A program made the position numbers and the translations under genes. Positions 12,101-20,900 of a stretch of DNA of 52,096 nucleotides are shown piece after piece. Below the pieces are notes generated by a model. It saw nothing but the letters and a program-made list of their open reading frames with translations. It did not search any database and was not told the DNA's origin. This stretch comes from Obrimoposthia wandeli (Eukaryota), in assembly GCA_977020255.1 (NCBI GenBank), contig CDROCS010001231.1, positions 124,001 to 176,096 of the forward strand, given 5' to 3'. Position 1 is the stretch's first letter, and each line of letters starts with the position of its first letter.

Positions 12101-13405
12101 TACAAAAATAATTCATTATTTGTAGAACCAATCACTAGAATCATACTTTTTAACACTTTTAGCATAAAAGAAATAAACTGCTCAAACATAATGGCACCTC
12201 ATTATCAAATTTCAAAATATATTTGGATTTCACTTCCAAGAAGAGATATTGTCGCAGAACCACAAAAATTACAATTAACCACTCTCAGCAACGACATCAA
12301 TATACAATCAGATAACGAATTAAACACAAAAGGAATTTATATACAGGAAGATATAGATAAGTTAAGAAAAGAAATTTTATTTCCACAAATAAGATCCAGA
12401 ATTTTAACACAAATCATAGAAAGATCAGTACCTGACGGAATTAGCCGTCCCGATTACGACTTATTACTTTCTCCAAATCATTTTATAAAAGCCACTAAAA
12501 ACACCATGTCAAAAATATGGGGTAAATTTTTAATTTTTGGACAAGCATTTTCTGGATTAGTTGGAATATATGCTCTATTAATTTGCTTTAAGATTCTTCT
12601 AAGTCAAATTTTATCAACATATTATATTTATAAAGTTGGAGGATTAACATGGAAATTAATCTTAGGATGTTTCCCATTTTTGGCAAAATTCCTTATTTTT
12701 AATCATCATCAAAACATAGTAAACACATTATCAAATGAAATGCGAGAAACAAATATACAAAAAATTACAAGTACCAAAGAAACAGAAAAAACGGAATCTT
12801 CACAATATCCTGATTTAGAAAAATATATAGATAAAACAACTATACAAAAATCAACTGCACCAACAATATATACAATAAATCAAAAAGATAACGATAAACG
12901 ACCATATGTAAAGGTAGAAATTAACGAATATAAACTTAAAGCTTTAATTGACACAGGATCAAGCGTAACAGTTTTAGACGAATCTTTCTTAAAAACACAA
13001 CAAAAATTACTTCTTCTTAAGGAAAATAGTCAAGTCACAGCAGCAAACGGTCAACCCGTAGATATAATAGGAAAATTAGACTGTCTTTTTAAAATAGGAA
13101 ATAAATTCATAAAAATACCTACAAGAATAATGAAAAATTGTCCTTGCCAAATGATCATAGGAATAGATACATTAAGAAGATTAGGAAATAATTTCCACTT
13201 TGATTTTGAAAAAAATCAAATAAAAGACATTTACAGACCTAACGCCAAAGATGAATACGAGTTAGAAATAAAAGGAGATATCATTCTCCAACCAAGAACA
13301 GAAACAATGTTACAACTAGAAACTAACATAATCACAGAAAAATATGTATTATTTGAACCTTATAAATATCAACAAGAAACCTTGAACTACTTTTGCCAAA
13401 TATAA
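9119..13405 (+). CDS. gag-env-pro: Gag-Env-protease polyprotein (1428 aa)
   Basis: Gag capsid-like region, three CX2CX4HX4C knuckles (10133, 10199, 10355); signal-peptide-like MMKKLWKIIQIILIICLIMNMIKPINA (from 10823); Cys-rich ectodomain starting LEAYDC (10904); hydrophobic segments ~12520-12700; aspartic protease LIDTGS (D at 12950). Frame opens on TTG; first ATG at 9410. Confidence 0.93.
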   Translation: MVRTNTSETLPQRPKSQINFRTNNEFFPETPLVHQHTDRLISTDSENQNLTSNSDTESLSLPQTSDSDNSSETSETVAEPVPPNIEINNEQINEVPQMANHRLNIPLDAFNGDKSSLPEFLNRYDSFAQAFEWTDQEKLRVFPAYLKGTALTIYRGLTNLQKDTWEHLVQHFQNMVLGAQSDQNYINQFRQREQHVGEPTNIFAVELRRLALKSFPEIEEAQRERLLLHQFLHGLNNKIRDHPALLEVENFQQAIGKAQLVEARLNMIQQTEVSALSFEKIERPQTPPNYNQSRNFNQDTQYNFQNPQQFRPPINNFYRNQTNRNFANSQFTQRFFQKCTNCGLQNHTIENCRKLSNIKFCRFCKKDNHTIETCRKLINRQSNNTLPRNNNFNKPNNYDNNQNRYFNNDTKFCKICNMKNHNTNDCGKLNTMMNQFGNTTIKQQPQVQKTVQFSTQDQQYTPRNPIHTIENTETTPNTDELALLKLRLKEIHQQCHNNEPQTDRTNLQSEFGDMFRDSCLTLQKNKYTITKTNQTTQTQEKKVKHKKNHKTIKNQKTKIFKNTNNLNKMMKKLWKIIQIILIICLIMNMIKPINALEAYDCSKYKIQNKYSLMDLQQCADADPNEVKIQNTKLYQVYQETDFIYAEVFECRVHVETFITYCGQHSHNSIVKPALGKTPIIVDALNCKDAFATGELRIDREIKVRAAKNKIIQQMISVVGTIKSDGECTTGTYVVMGVKQSGLVVIKNFEVELRTFKATFDPSTNTMVTMPFCEANIGHCNTGSSILYYKVKIDQCKLIHLKSETFQIIQGKRFRDDPELDQQIPKDIHKIYRTRKIRKTPTPTILMSIEQGSGMRFIKKKEESRCGHSVYTTNYKGIYLSNEKIHNAKTTPTKFDIKNYDYFNNKLDYFYHKGLMTIEAIYRETIMNDCKLNQEILKTKLAIIATNPELITPLLPLADGTFGRVMGEVLYTYQCKKVIVNIRNHQKCTKELPISYKNNSLFVEPITRIILFNTFSIKEINCSNIMAPHYQISKYIWISLPRRDIVAEPQKLQLTTLSNDINIQSDNELNTKGIYIQEDIDKLRKEILFPQIRSRILTQIIERSVPDGISRPDYDLLLSPNHFIKATKNTMSKIWGKFLIFGQAFSGLVGIYALLICFKILLSQILSTYYIYKVGGLTWKLILGCFPFLAKFLIFNHHQNIVNTLSNEMRETNIQKITSTKETEKTESSQYPDLEKYIDKTTIQKSTAPTIYTINQKDNDKRPYVKVEINEYKLKALIDTGSSVTVLDESFLKTQQKLLLLKENSQVTAANGQPVDIIGKLDCLFKIGNKFIKIPTRIMKNCPCQMIIGIDTLRRLGNNFHFDFEKNQIKDIYRPNAKDEYELEIKGDIILQPRTETMLQLETNIITEKYVLFEPYKYQQETLNYFCQI
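10904..12780 (+). other. env: Chuvirus/Tas-type (herpes gB-like, class III) glycoprotein domain within ORF1
   Basis: Motifs AYDC..YSL...C, ECRVHV...YCGQHSH, GEVLYTYQC...C..ELP....F..P.TRI, GIY..EDI..LR..I.FP match my recollection of the chuviral glycoprotein family found in Pao/Anakin and nematode elements; not confirmed by search. Confidence 0.8.
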
Positions 13406-15350
13406 TTTGTAAAATAAAAAACAACACAATACCAATCAGAATCCTAAATGCAGACATTAATGAAATTCATCTCAAGGAAGGAGTACGTCTTGGAAAAATA
13501 AGTGTTATTCAAAATATTGAATTAATAGATAATGATAAAATAGAAGATAAATCTACGATAAATTTTAACGATATCAAATTAAATGATTATGAAAAATCAA
13601 AACTTAAAACTTTAACAGAAAAATATGATGTAATATTTGCTAAAAATGAATACGATTTAGGTCGAACAAATTTGATAAAACATAATCTTCCGTTAACAAC
13701 AAACACAGCAATAAAACAACGACCCTACCGAATTCCATATGCCTACAGAGATGAGGCTCAAAGACAAATAAAATGAATGTTAGAAAATGAAATTGTTAGA
13801 AGACGTTTTTCTGCATGGACATCACCTGTTGTTTTAGTAAAAAAGAAAGATGGTTCTTTGAGATTTTGCGTAGACTACAGAAAACTAAACGAAGTCACTC
13901 ACAAAGATACTTATCCACTGCCAAGAATTGATGAAATATTAGACAAACTAAAAAATGCACAAGTATTTACAACTTTAGATTTACAGAGTGGATACTGGCA
14001 AATAGAAATTGAGGAGTCAGATAAATATAAAACAGCTTTCTCAACAGGAGAAGGATTGTATGAATTCAATGTCTTACCATTTGGATTAACCGGAGCTCCA
14101 GCAACATTTCAGAGATGTATGAGCCATATTTTAATGGATGCAGATCACGTAATGGTATATATCGATGACATTCTTATTTTTTCGAAAAATTTTGAAGAAC
14201 ATTTAAAATATTTAGAAAACGTATTCTTAAGATTACAGGTAGCAGGATTAAAACTAAAACCAAAGAAATGTGAATGGATAAAAGATAAAGTAAATTACTT
14301 AGGACATGCTGTATCAGCAAAAGGAATACAACCAGACGAGAGTAATGTAGAAAAGATTAAAAATTTTCCAATCCCAAAAACAGTAAAAAATATATAGGAA
14401 TTTTTAGGGCTTGCAGGATATTATCGAAGATTTATTAGAAATTTCGCACAAATAGCAATACCATTAAATAAACTTATTAAAAAAGATGAAAAATTTGAAT
14501 GGGAAAAAGAACAACAAGAATCTTATGAATATTTAAAACAAAAACTAATCGAAAAACCTATACTTAGATATCCTAATTTTAATAACTCATTTTTAGTTAT
14601 GACTGACGCCAGTGGTTATGCGTTAGGAGCAGTTTTAGGACAACAGGAAAATAACGAAAAAGATCATGTGATAGCATATGCGAGCAGAGGTCTTAAAAAA
14701 CATGAAAAGAATTACTCAACGATAGAAAGAGAATGCCTAGCTATTTGTTTCGCAATGGAACATTTTAAACATTACTTATTAGGTCGAAAGGTTTATGTTT
14801 ACACAGATCAAAGACCATTACAATGGCTTTTAAATCATAAGGATACAACATCTAGATTAATGAGATGGGCATTGATTTTACAAAAATATGATATTGAAAT
14901 AAAATATAGAAAAGGAAAATCTAACGCTAATGCAGATTGTCTATCACGAATAAGAGAAGAAATAAACGAAATAACTGCAAATGACATCGAATTAAATCTT
15001 TTTACAATAATTCAAGCTAAATATGATAAAAAAATAATTACTAAACTTCAAAGCAAAGATAATGAAATTCAGCAAATAACTAAATACATTAGCACAAACG
15101 AAGTACCAACAGATGAAAAATTAAGAAAACATTTAAAAATATACGAATCACGATACAAATATAGTAATGAAATATTATATTATTTAAATGACAAAAATCT
15201 ATATTCACTAGTTATTCCTAAAGAAATTCAGTGTCAATTACTTCTTCAATATCATAATGGAGCCCTAGGAGGACATTTATCATCAAAAAAGACACATTCA
15301 CGATTAAATTTAAAATACTATTGGATTGACATGAAAGAAGATGTAAAAAT
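13393..15350 (+). CDS. pol: Pol: reverse transcriptase, RNase H and integrase zinc-finger start (interrupted in this sequence)
   Basis: WTSPVVLVKKKDGSLRFCVDYRKLN, PFGLTGAPATFQR, YIDDILIFS, TDASGYALGAVL, ERECLAI, NANADCLSR. One frame throughout with in-frame TGA (13774) and TAG (14395); -1 shift needed near 13391 (from PR) and at the A5 run 15345-15349 (into WCKTCEIC). Confidence 0.93.
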
Positions 15351-17666
15351 TGGTGTAAAACATGTGAAATATGTCTTAAACGGAAAAATACTTTACGTAC
15401 CACAAAAATACCTTTAAAGCCAATACCTTATCCATCAGCCCCCATGGAAACTGTTGCCATGGATGTAATGGGACCATTACCTGAAACACCCCGAGGAAAT
15501 CGATATATAATAGTATTTTCTGATTATTTTACAAGATGGCCAGAGGCTTTTCCAACACATGATCATAAGGCTGAAACCATCGCGAAGGTTTTAGTCGAAA
15601 AAATTATTTTTACTTTCGGTGCACCCCGAAAATTATTAACCGACAAAGGTCCTGAATTTATAAATAATGTATTAGCGTCAATAGCTGAAATTTTTCACAT
15701 AAAGACGATCAATACAACACCATATCACCCTCAAACTGACGGGTTAGTAGAAAGATTTAATAGAACCCTCGAAGATATGATGGCATCATACACAAACAAC
15801 AATCAAACAGATTGGGATTTACACATACCTCCATGCCTTTTTGCATATAGAACATCAGTACATGCATCCACAGGAGAAACACCTTTTTATCTTATGTTCC
15901 TCAGAGATCCTCAAATGCCTATTGACCTAACATTACTACAACCTACTACACAATATTTAGAAATACCTGAATATAAAATAGAAATTAGAGAAAGAATAAA
16001 ACTAGCATTCGAAAAAGCTAAACTATTTGTAAAAAACATACAAGAAAATTACAAAGAATATTATGATAGAAGAACTAAGCCATCAAATATAAAAAGCGGA
16101 AGTAAAGTGATGATTCACAATCCACAAATCAATGTAGGATTGTCTCACAAATTATCAAAACCATACAAAGGACCATATACAGTCATTAGTACCAACGGAA
16201 CCAACATAACAGCTAAACTAGATAATGAACCAAAATCAAAAGAAATAAGAGCACATATAAACAGATGTCGAGAAATACCTGAGGAGAATACAAAAGTAAA
16301 AAGTCACAAATATAACTTAAGATCAACTAATGATAATACAGTTCTACAAATGTTGACAATAAAAAACTCACAAAAACAAAACAAAACTATTTTGAGTCAT
16401 CAAACCAGAAATACAATAAAAATATCAATAAAAGAAATTGGTAAAATAATGATGTTATTGATAATATATTTTATAATAAAATATAACCTACTGAAAGTAA
16501 ACGCAACAAACATAAATGACAATCAATCAATCATACAACAACAAACAAATAAATACGACTCAACAACTCATCTCATAAAAAATTTTGGATTAATAACAAT
16601 AATACCTAAAATCACATCAATAAAGTTAAAAATTTCTCTTTTTACAAACAAAACAGGAAATGTGCAAATCACACAAACAGATAGAAAACAAAATATAATT
16701 ATTTCAGGAATAAAATCACAAAAATATACAATACCATTTTTAAGAACAGAAACACAATATAAAATAAGAATTAAGTCGAAATTAAAAAATATAACACTCT
16801 ATGAAAGAATTATAGAAACTCACATATACCTAGCATCAATATTAAAAACAACAGCAAAATATATATCAAAACATAAAATAATGATAAAATGGGAATTTCA
16901 ACTAAAAATAGATGACTTAGATAAAGCCCTCATTAGAATTAGATATAGAGGACATAATGCTAATTTTTGGAAAGACTCAGAAAAACAATTAGAAAATACA
17001 CAAACTAAAACAAATTTAACCATAGAAAATATAAGATATCCAGAGAAAATAATAATAGACAATAGAGAATGCGTAATCACTAATAAACCAATAATGTACA
17101 GACAATGGAGTCAAAAGTTTGAAAGTTATAAAAATCTAACAAAATTAACAATTTTAGGAAATAAGATATCCAAACTATATCAACCTACAATTTTTTGTGG
17201 TCGTTGGTCAACAGTAAAAATTAAGAAATATGTTAAAGATATAACCACAAAACAATTGCTACATACCACAACATTTACATCAAAAATTTACAGAGTTACA
17301 AATCAAGTTGAAATTACGGAAAAAATAAGAATTAAATTAAAATTAAAAACAACAGAAATAATATCATATAAATCATTTAATGAAAGTTTAAAAATGCACT
17401 ATAGTAAACAAGAACATTCAAGGAATGAAAATAAAGAAGAACTTATAATAATAGTTATAGTAATCGAAATAATTACATTTATAAATCAAATATCATGGAA
17501 AATGTTAATTTTGAAACATACAAAAACGATAGAAACAAAACAACGAAAACACTTTTGTGGGCCCCCAGGCCCTTTTACTATTTATATTATCCCCAAGGAT
17601 GATAATTCTTCAGAATTATCCATAAATACTGTAATAGAAAATAGAAAAAGAAATATAACACAATAA
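15351..17666 (+). CDS. Integrase core and GPY/F domain fused in frame to a predicted secreted/membrane protein (signal-like segment, FN3-like repeats, TM)
   Basis: CEIC zinc ligands, AMDVMGP / LTDKGPEF / GLVERFNRTL (D,D35E), KPYKGPY. Then MMLLIIYFIIKYNLLKVNA (16449), YTIPFLRTETQYKIRIKSK, IKWEF...RIRYRG...W, hydrophobic LIIIVIVIEIITFI (~17442-17500). Integrase call is firm; FN3 call is inference. Confidence 0.85.
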   Translation, partial: WCKTCEICLKRKNTLRTTKIPLKPIPYPSAPMETVAMDVMGPLPETPRGNRYIIVFSDYFTRWPEAFPTHDHKAETIAKVLVEKIIFTFGAPRKLLTDKGPEFINNVLASIAEIFHIKTINTTPYHPQTDGLVERFNRTLEDMMASYTNNNQTDWDLHIPPCLFAYRTSVHASTGETPFYLMFLRDPQMPIDLTLLQPTTQYLEIPEYKIEIRERIKLAFEKAKLFVKNIQENYKEYYDRRTKPSNIKSGSKVMIHNPQINVGLSHKLSKPYKGPYTVISTNGTNITAKLDNEPKSKEIRAHINRCREIPEENTKVKSHKYNLRSTNDNTVLQMLTIKNSQKQNKTILSHQTRNTIKISIKEIGKIMMLLIIYFIIKYNLLKVNATNINDNQSIIQQQTNKYDSTTHLIKNFGLITIIPKITSIKLKISLFTNKTGNVQITQTDRKQNIIISGIKSQKYTIPFLRTETQYKIRIKSKLKNITLYERIIETHIYLASILKTTAKYISKHKIMIKWEFQLKIDDLDKALIRIRYRGHNANFWKDSEKQLENTQTKTNLTIENIRYPEKIIIDNRECVITNKPIMYRQWSQKFESYKNLTKLTILGNKISKLYQPTIFCGRWSTVKIKKYVKDITTKQLLHTTTFTSKIYRVTNQVEITEKIRIKLKLKTTEIISYKSFNESLKMHYSKQEHSRNENKEELIIIVIVIEIITFINQISWKMLILKHTKTIETKQRKHFCGPPGPFTIYIIPKDDNSSELSINTVIENRKRNITQ

Positions 17667-17855
17667 TCAAAATTTTTTAAAAACCGTTTAAGTAACAAAA
17701 AATGTTAGTACTATTATGTAAATCTAAATTAATTAGGAAATAGAATAAAAATTTGATATATATATTTTTAAAGACGATTTAATGAAATAATATTAAAATA
17801 AAATCACCAGGAAACGCATCCTGAAATTTAATAATGGTTATTTTTAGATATAAAA

Positions 17856-18251
17856 ATGAACAGATTGGCAAAAGTTTGTAAAAAATGCAAAAAATTAGAG
17901 AAAAAGATTCGAGATGTTTCCAGACAGCATGACGACTACTATATAAAGATCACAACTCAAAATGAATCACTGAAACAGTTAATAAAACAAAGTGTGGAAG
18001 AAAAATTGAATAATGATTTAACAATTGACGAACTAGAAGGGAGATTGACACATAGTTTTGGCAGAATAGACAATTTAATACCACAAACTTTAAGTCAACG
18101 ATCAACTATAGCCTCATTAAGAAGACAAATGATGACCTATAGCGACATGATAAACTTTTATTTGACCATTAATCCTACTATCCCAACTAATACAACACTT
18201 GATGATGGATATGACTCGGATATGAACATTGGTGAACAAAATTCTGGTTAA
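17856..18251 (+). CDS. Accessory ORF, 131 aa, predicted coiled coil
   Basis: ATG-initiated intact ORF inside the element; CKKC followed by heptad-like LEKKIRDV...LKQLIKQSVEEKL...LEGRL. Confidence 0.65.
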   Translation: MNRLAKVCKKCKKLEKKIRDVSRQHDDYYIKITTQNESLKQLIKQSVEEKLNNDLTIDELEGRLTHSFGRIDNLIPQTLSQRSTIASLRRQMMTYSDMINFYLTINPTIPTNTTLDDGYDSDMNIGEQNSG

Positions 18252-18419
18252 ATTATAATCATACATCCTTCTTTTGTACAAATTGTCTAATTTTTTTTTA
18301 ATAAGTTTATTTTCATGACAAATCCCACATACTGCATGGATAAGACTGATATTTTTATAACTTTAAGACTGTGAAATAATTGTATTATTTTATTCAACTA
18401 ACAAATCTATTAAAGCAGA

Positions 18420-19592
18420 ATGGATAACAATCACCTGGATACGACTCCAGACCAGCTCACTCGGTCAGATCAAACAAAAAGCACAGCAAAAATAGAAAGA
18501 GGAAAAACGGAAAATATGCCAGAAAGGTGGTTTTTAGCAAAATTCTTGTATCAAAAGATGCGTCAGTTTAGCATTGCATACTTTAGAAACAACGGAGGAA
18601 GAAAAATGTTTTCAAATCAAACATTTCTTCCTAATAATAAAATTACCAATAAAATTACCACAGAAGAAAGAACTAGCGCACTTATTTTTTCCAATGAAAA
18701 AAGACCAACCCATATGGCTCTCAGTGAAATATTCCCCAACATTAATTGTGAAAAAATATATATTCACGTGGCACTAGGAGTAGCCCATTTAAAAACCAAA
18801 TCAGATAAGACATTAAACTTTCTGATGATAGGAAATCACACCTACACCTTACAAGCAGCTCAATTAGAAAATCAATATAGCATAAAAATAGGAAGAGGAC
18901 CAAATCTATTATTTATAGAAAAAATAAGAAAAGCAGAAGAACCTCAACAAATAGCCCTTTTTGAATTAAAAAAGAAGCCAGCAATTTTATTCCTCGATTG
19001 CGAAATGGTGATATCAGTAGATAAACAGCCAGTGTTAGCAAGTGTTTCTATTATAAATTACATAGGTAACGTAATTATAGATACACTGTGCGTAACTAGA
19101 AACAGAGTAAGAAATTACGTTACTAGAATAACTGGACTGTCAGATAGAAAGTTACAAGGATGTAGAGATGCTGATGAAGTAATTGAGGAAGTAAAAAACA
19201 TTGTGTATGGTAACATCATCGTAGGTGTGGGATTAACAAACGATTTAAAAGCTTTACGCCTACAGAAATGGATGTTATTCAACATTGTTGATTTAGGAAT
19301 ATCCAAAAGCATAAAATCAGAACTAAATCACAATCACCCAAATATTGGACTCGCCAACATGGTGCGGAAATACTTAAATATAGAAACACAAAAAGGAGTT
19401 CACACTAGCATGGAAGATGCAAATCACACCCGAAAAATTTTCATAATGAAGGAGGAAATGTTGATTAGAGAGTTTGATTTGACCGAGGTGATGAATCCAC
19501 CATCTAGCGAGAACAACCCCAGTTCATCGTTCTCGCATAAGACCGGAAACTCGGAGTCCGGTACACAAAACTCCCCGATTTTGTTGGATTAA
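18420..19592 (+). CDS. Accessory DEDDh 3'-5' exonuclease (REX4/ISG20-like) with ~190-aa unknown N-terminal domain
   Basis: ExoI LDCEMV (18996), YVTRITGL, ExoII GVGLTNDLKAL, ExoIII HTSMEDA (19401); all four acidic residues and the His are present. Confidence 0.9.
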   Translation: MDNNHLDTTPDQLTRSDQTKSTAKIERGKTENMPERWFLAKFLYQKMRQFSIAYFRNNGGRKMFSNQTFLPNNKITNKITTEERTSALIFSNEKRPTHMALSEIFPNINCEKIYIHVALGVAHLKTKSDKTLNFLMIGNHTYTLQAAQLENQYSIKIGRGPNLLFIEKIRKAEEPQQIALFELKKKPAILFLDCEMVISVDKQPVLASVSIINYIGNVIIDTLCVTRNRVRNYVTRITGLSDRKLQGCRDADEVIEEVKNIVYGNIIVGVGLTNDLKALRLQKWMLFNIVDLGISKSIKSELNHNHPNIGLANMVRKYLNIETQKGVHTSMEDANHTRKIFIMKEEMLIREFDLTEVMNPPSSENNPSSSFSHKTGNSESGTQNSPILLD

Positions 19593-19782
19593 GGTAGTAT
19601 TGTTATTATTTTATTTCTGTTTTCATTCTTGTCTAAATTTTTAACGATATTTAACCAGACATGATTGTGATTAATAAAACATTGATCAGTTGTAACATAC
19701 AAACAACACTAGGTAACAATAGAAACAAGACAAAATAGTTTAACTAATAATTAAGATAAAAATTATGATTCTGAGGACAGAG

Positions 19783-19802
19783 ACTTTTATGACCCGGAGG
19801 AT
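19783..19802 (+). promoter_or_regulatory. Polypurine-tract-like plus-strand primer region
   Basis: Purine-rich ...GACCCGGAGGAT immediately before the 3' LTR TG; short and imperfect. Confidence 0.5.
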
Positions 19803-19975
19803 TGTTGGGAAAATATATTAACTATTTGTTTAAAAAAGAAAAATAAAAATATAAAATTTTTAAAGAAATAAAAGAAAAAAGGGAATTAATTAATTGAAAA
19901 TTAATTGGGAACTTTCCTTAATTAGGGAAAAGTTCCGATTTTTAAAATTGTGCACTTTGGCATTTTGTATATTCA

Positions 19976-20027
19976 ATCTCCGACGGGAAAAAAGCCCGTT
20001 TCGCCCTGCCGGGCTCATCAGGGAGAT
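19976..20027 (-). ncRNA. Type I hammerhead ribozyme (antisense, U3 of 3' LTR)
   Basis: Identical to 7075-7126; predicted cut between 19982 and 19981, 12,901 nt from the other site. Confidence 0.95.
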
Positions 20028-20598
20028 GGCTTGTTATCTCTAACTTCGCGGTGGATTCCGCGAAGCCAGAGATAACAATAATAAAGCCAGGGAAAAGAGG
20101 GAAAGATTCCCCTTTCATGTGCCGACGAATATCGTCGACATGTGGTGTTAGTGTGCGCAAGTGCACCATTCACACACACACACACTCACTCAACATTAAC
20201 ACATCACTCAACTCACTCATTCACTCTCACTACTCACTCAATCGCTCACACAATCCCTTGTTCACTCACTCTCCCTACTCACCTATTCTTTGTGCATATG
20301 TGTGTGTTTAATTTGGCATTTTACACCTGCCCAGAATTTTGAATGACGGTGAAATTTCCCGGCTGCACATGTGTGTGTGTGTGTGCAGAGCCGGGAAATG
20401 CCAGTTTCCTCTGCCCAAATCTCTTCTCCACACCATGTCTGGTAGTGATTCGGGCAGGCAGCGAGGATTGTTAATGGGGACTACACATTGCCGGTTTCCC
20501 ACCTGCCCATCTGCTTACAGATTTATAGACACGCAAGAAGGAAATTGCTTCATAAATTTTTCACAATTTATAAAGACAAAATTATTAAATACAAAAAG

Positions 20599-20900
20599 CG
20601 AATTATTGAAACTATTTTGAATTATATATCGAATTTATGCAATCGAATTATTGAAACTATTTTGAATTATATATCGAATTTATGCAATCGAATTATTGAA
20701 ACAATTTTGAATTATATATCGAATCTAGGCAATCGAATTATTGAAACAATTTTGAATTATATATCGAATTTATGCAATCGAATTATTGAAACTATTTTGA
20801 ATTATATATCGAAATTATGCAATCGAATTATTGAAACAATTTTGAATTATATATCGAATCTAGACAATCGAATTATTGAAACTATTTTGAATTATATATT
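20599..20900 (+). repeat. 45-bp tandem array inside 3' LTR
   Basis: Same unit order and variants as in the 5' LTR. Confidence 0.95.

Noticed and set aside
13774-14397. Alternative genetic code (stop reassignment) suggested by in-frame TGA/TAG in pol and TAA in ALIX
   Set aside because: ALIX ends in TAG at the expected position, SH3BGR ends in TGA, and the Gln-rich 1428-aa ORF1 has no internal stops; rare isolated stops fit mutation or error better.
15432-15443. PSAP (TSG101-type late domain) in PYPSAPM
   Set aside because: It lies in the proline-rich linker between the integrase zinc finger and core, where such prolines are common; not in Gag.
19171-19177. CTGATGA on the + strand (also 40896-40902)
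   Set aside because: No stem II, GAAA or closing stems follow; both lie in coding or transposase sequence.
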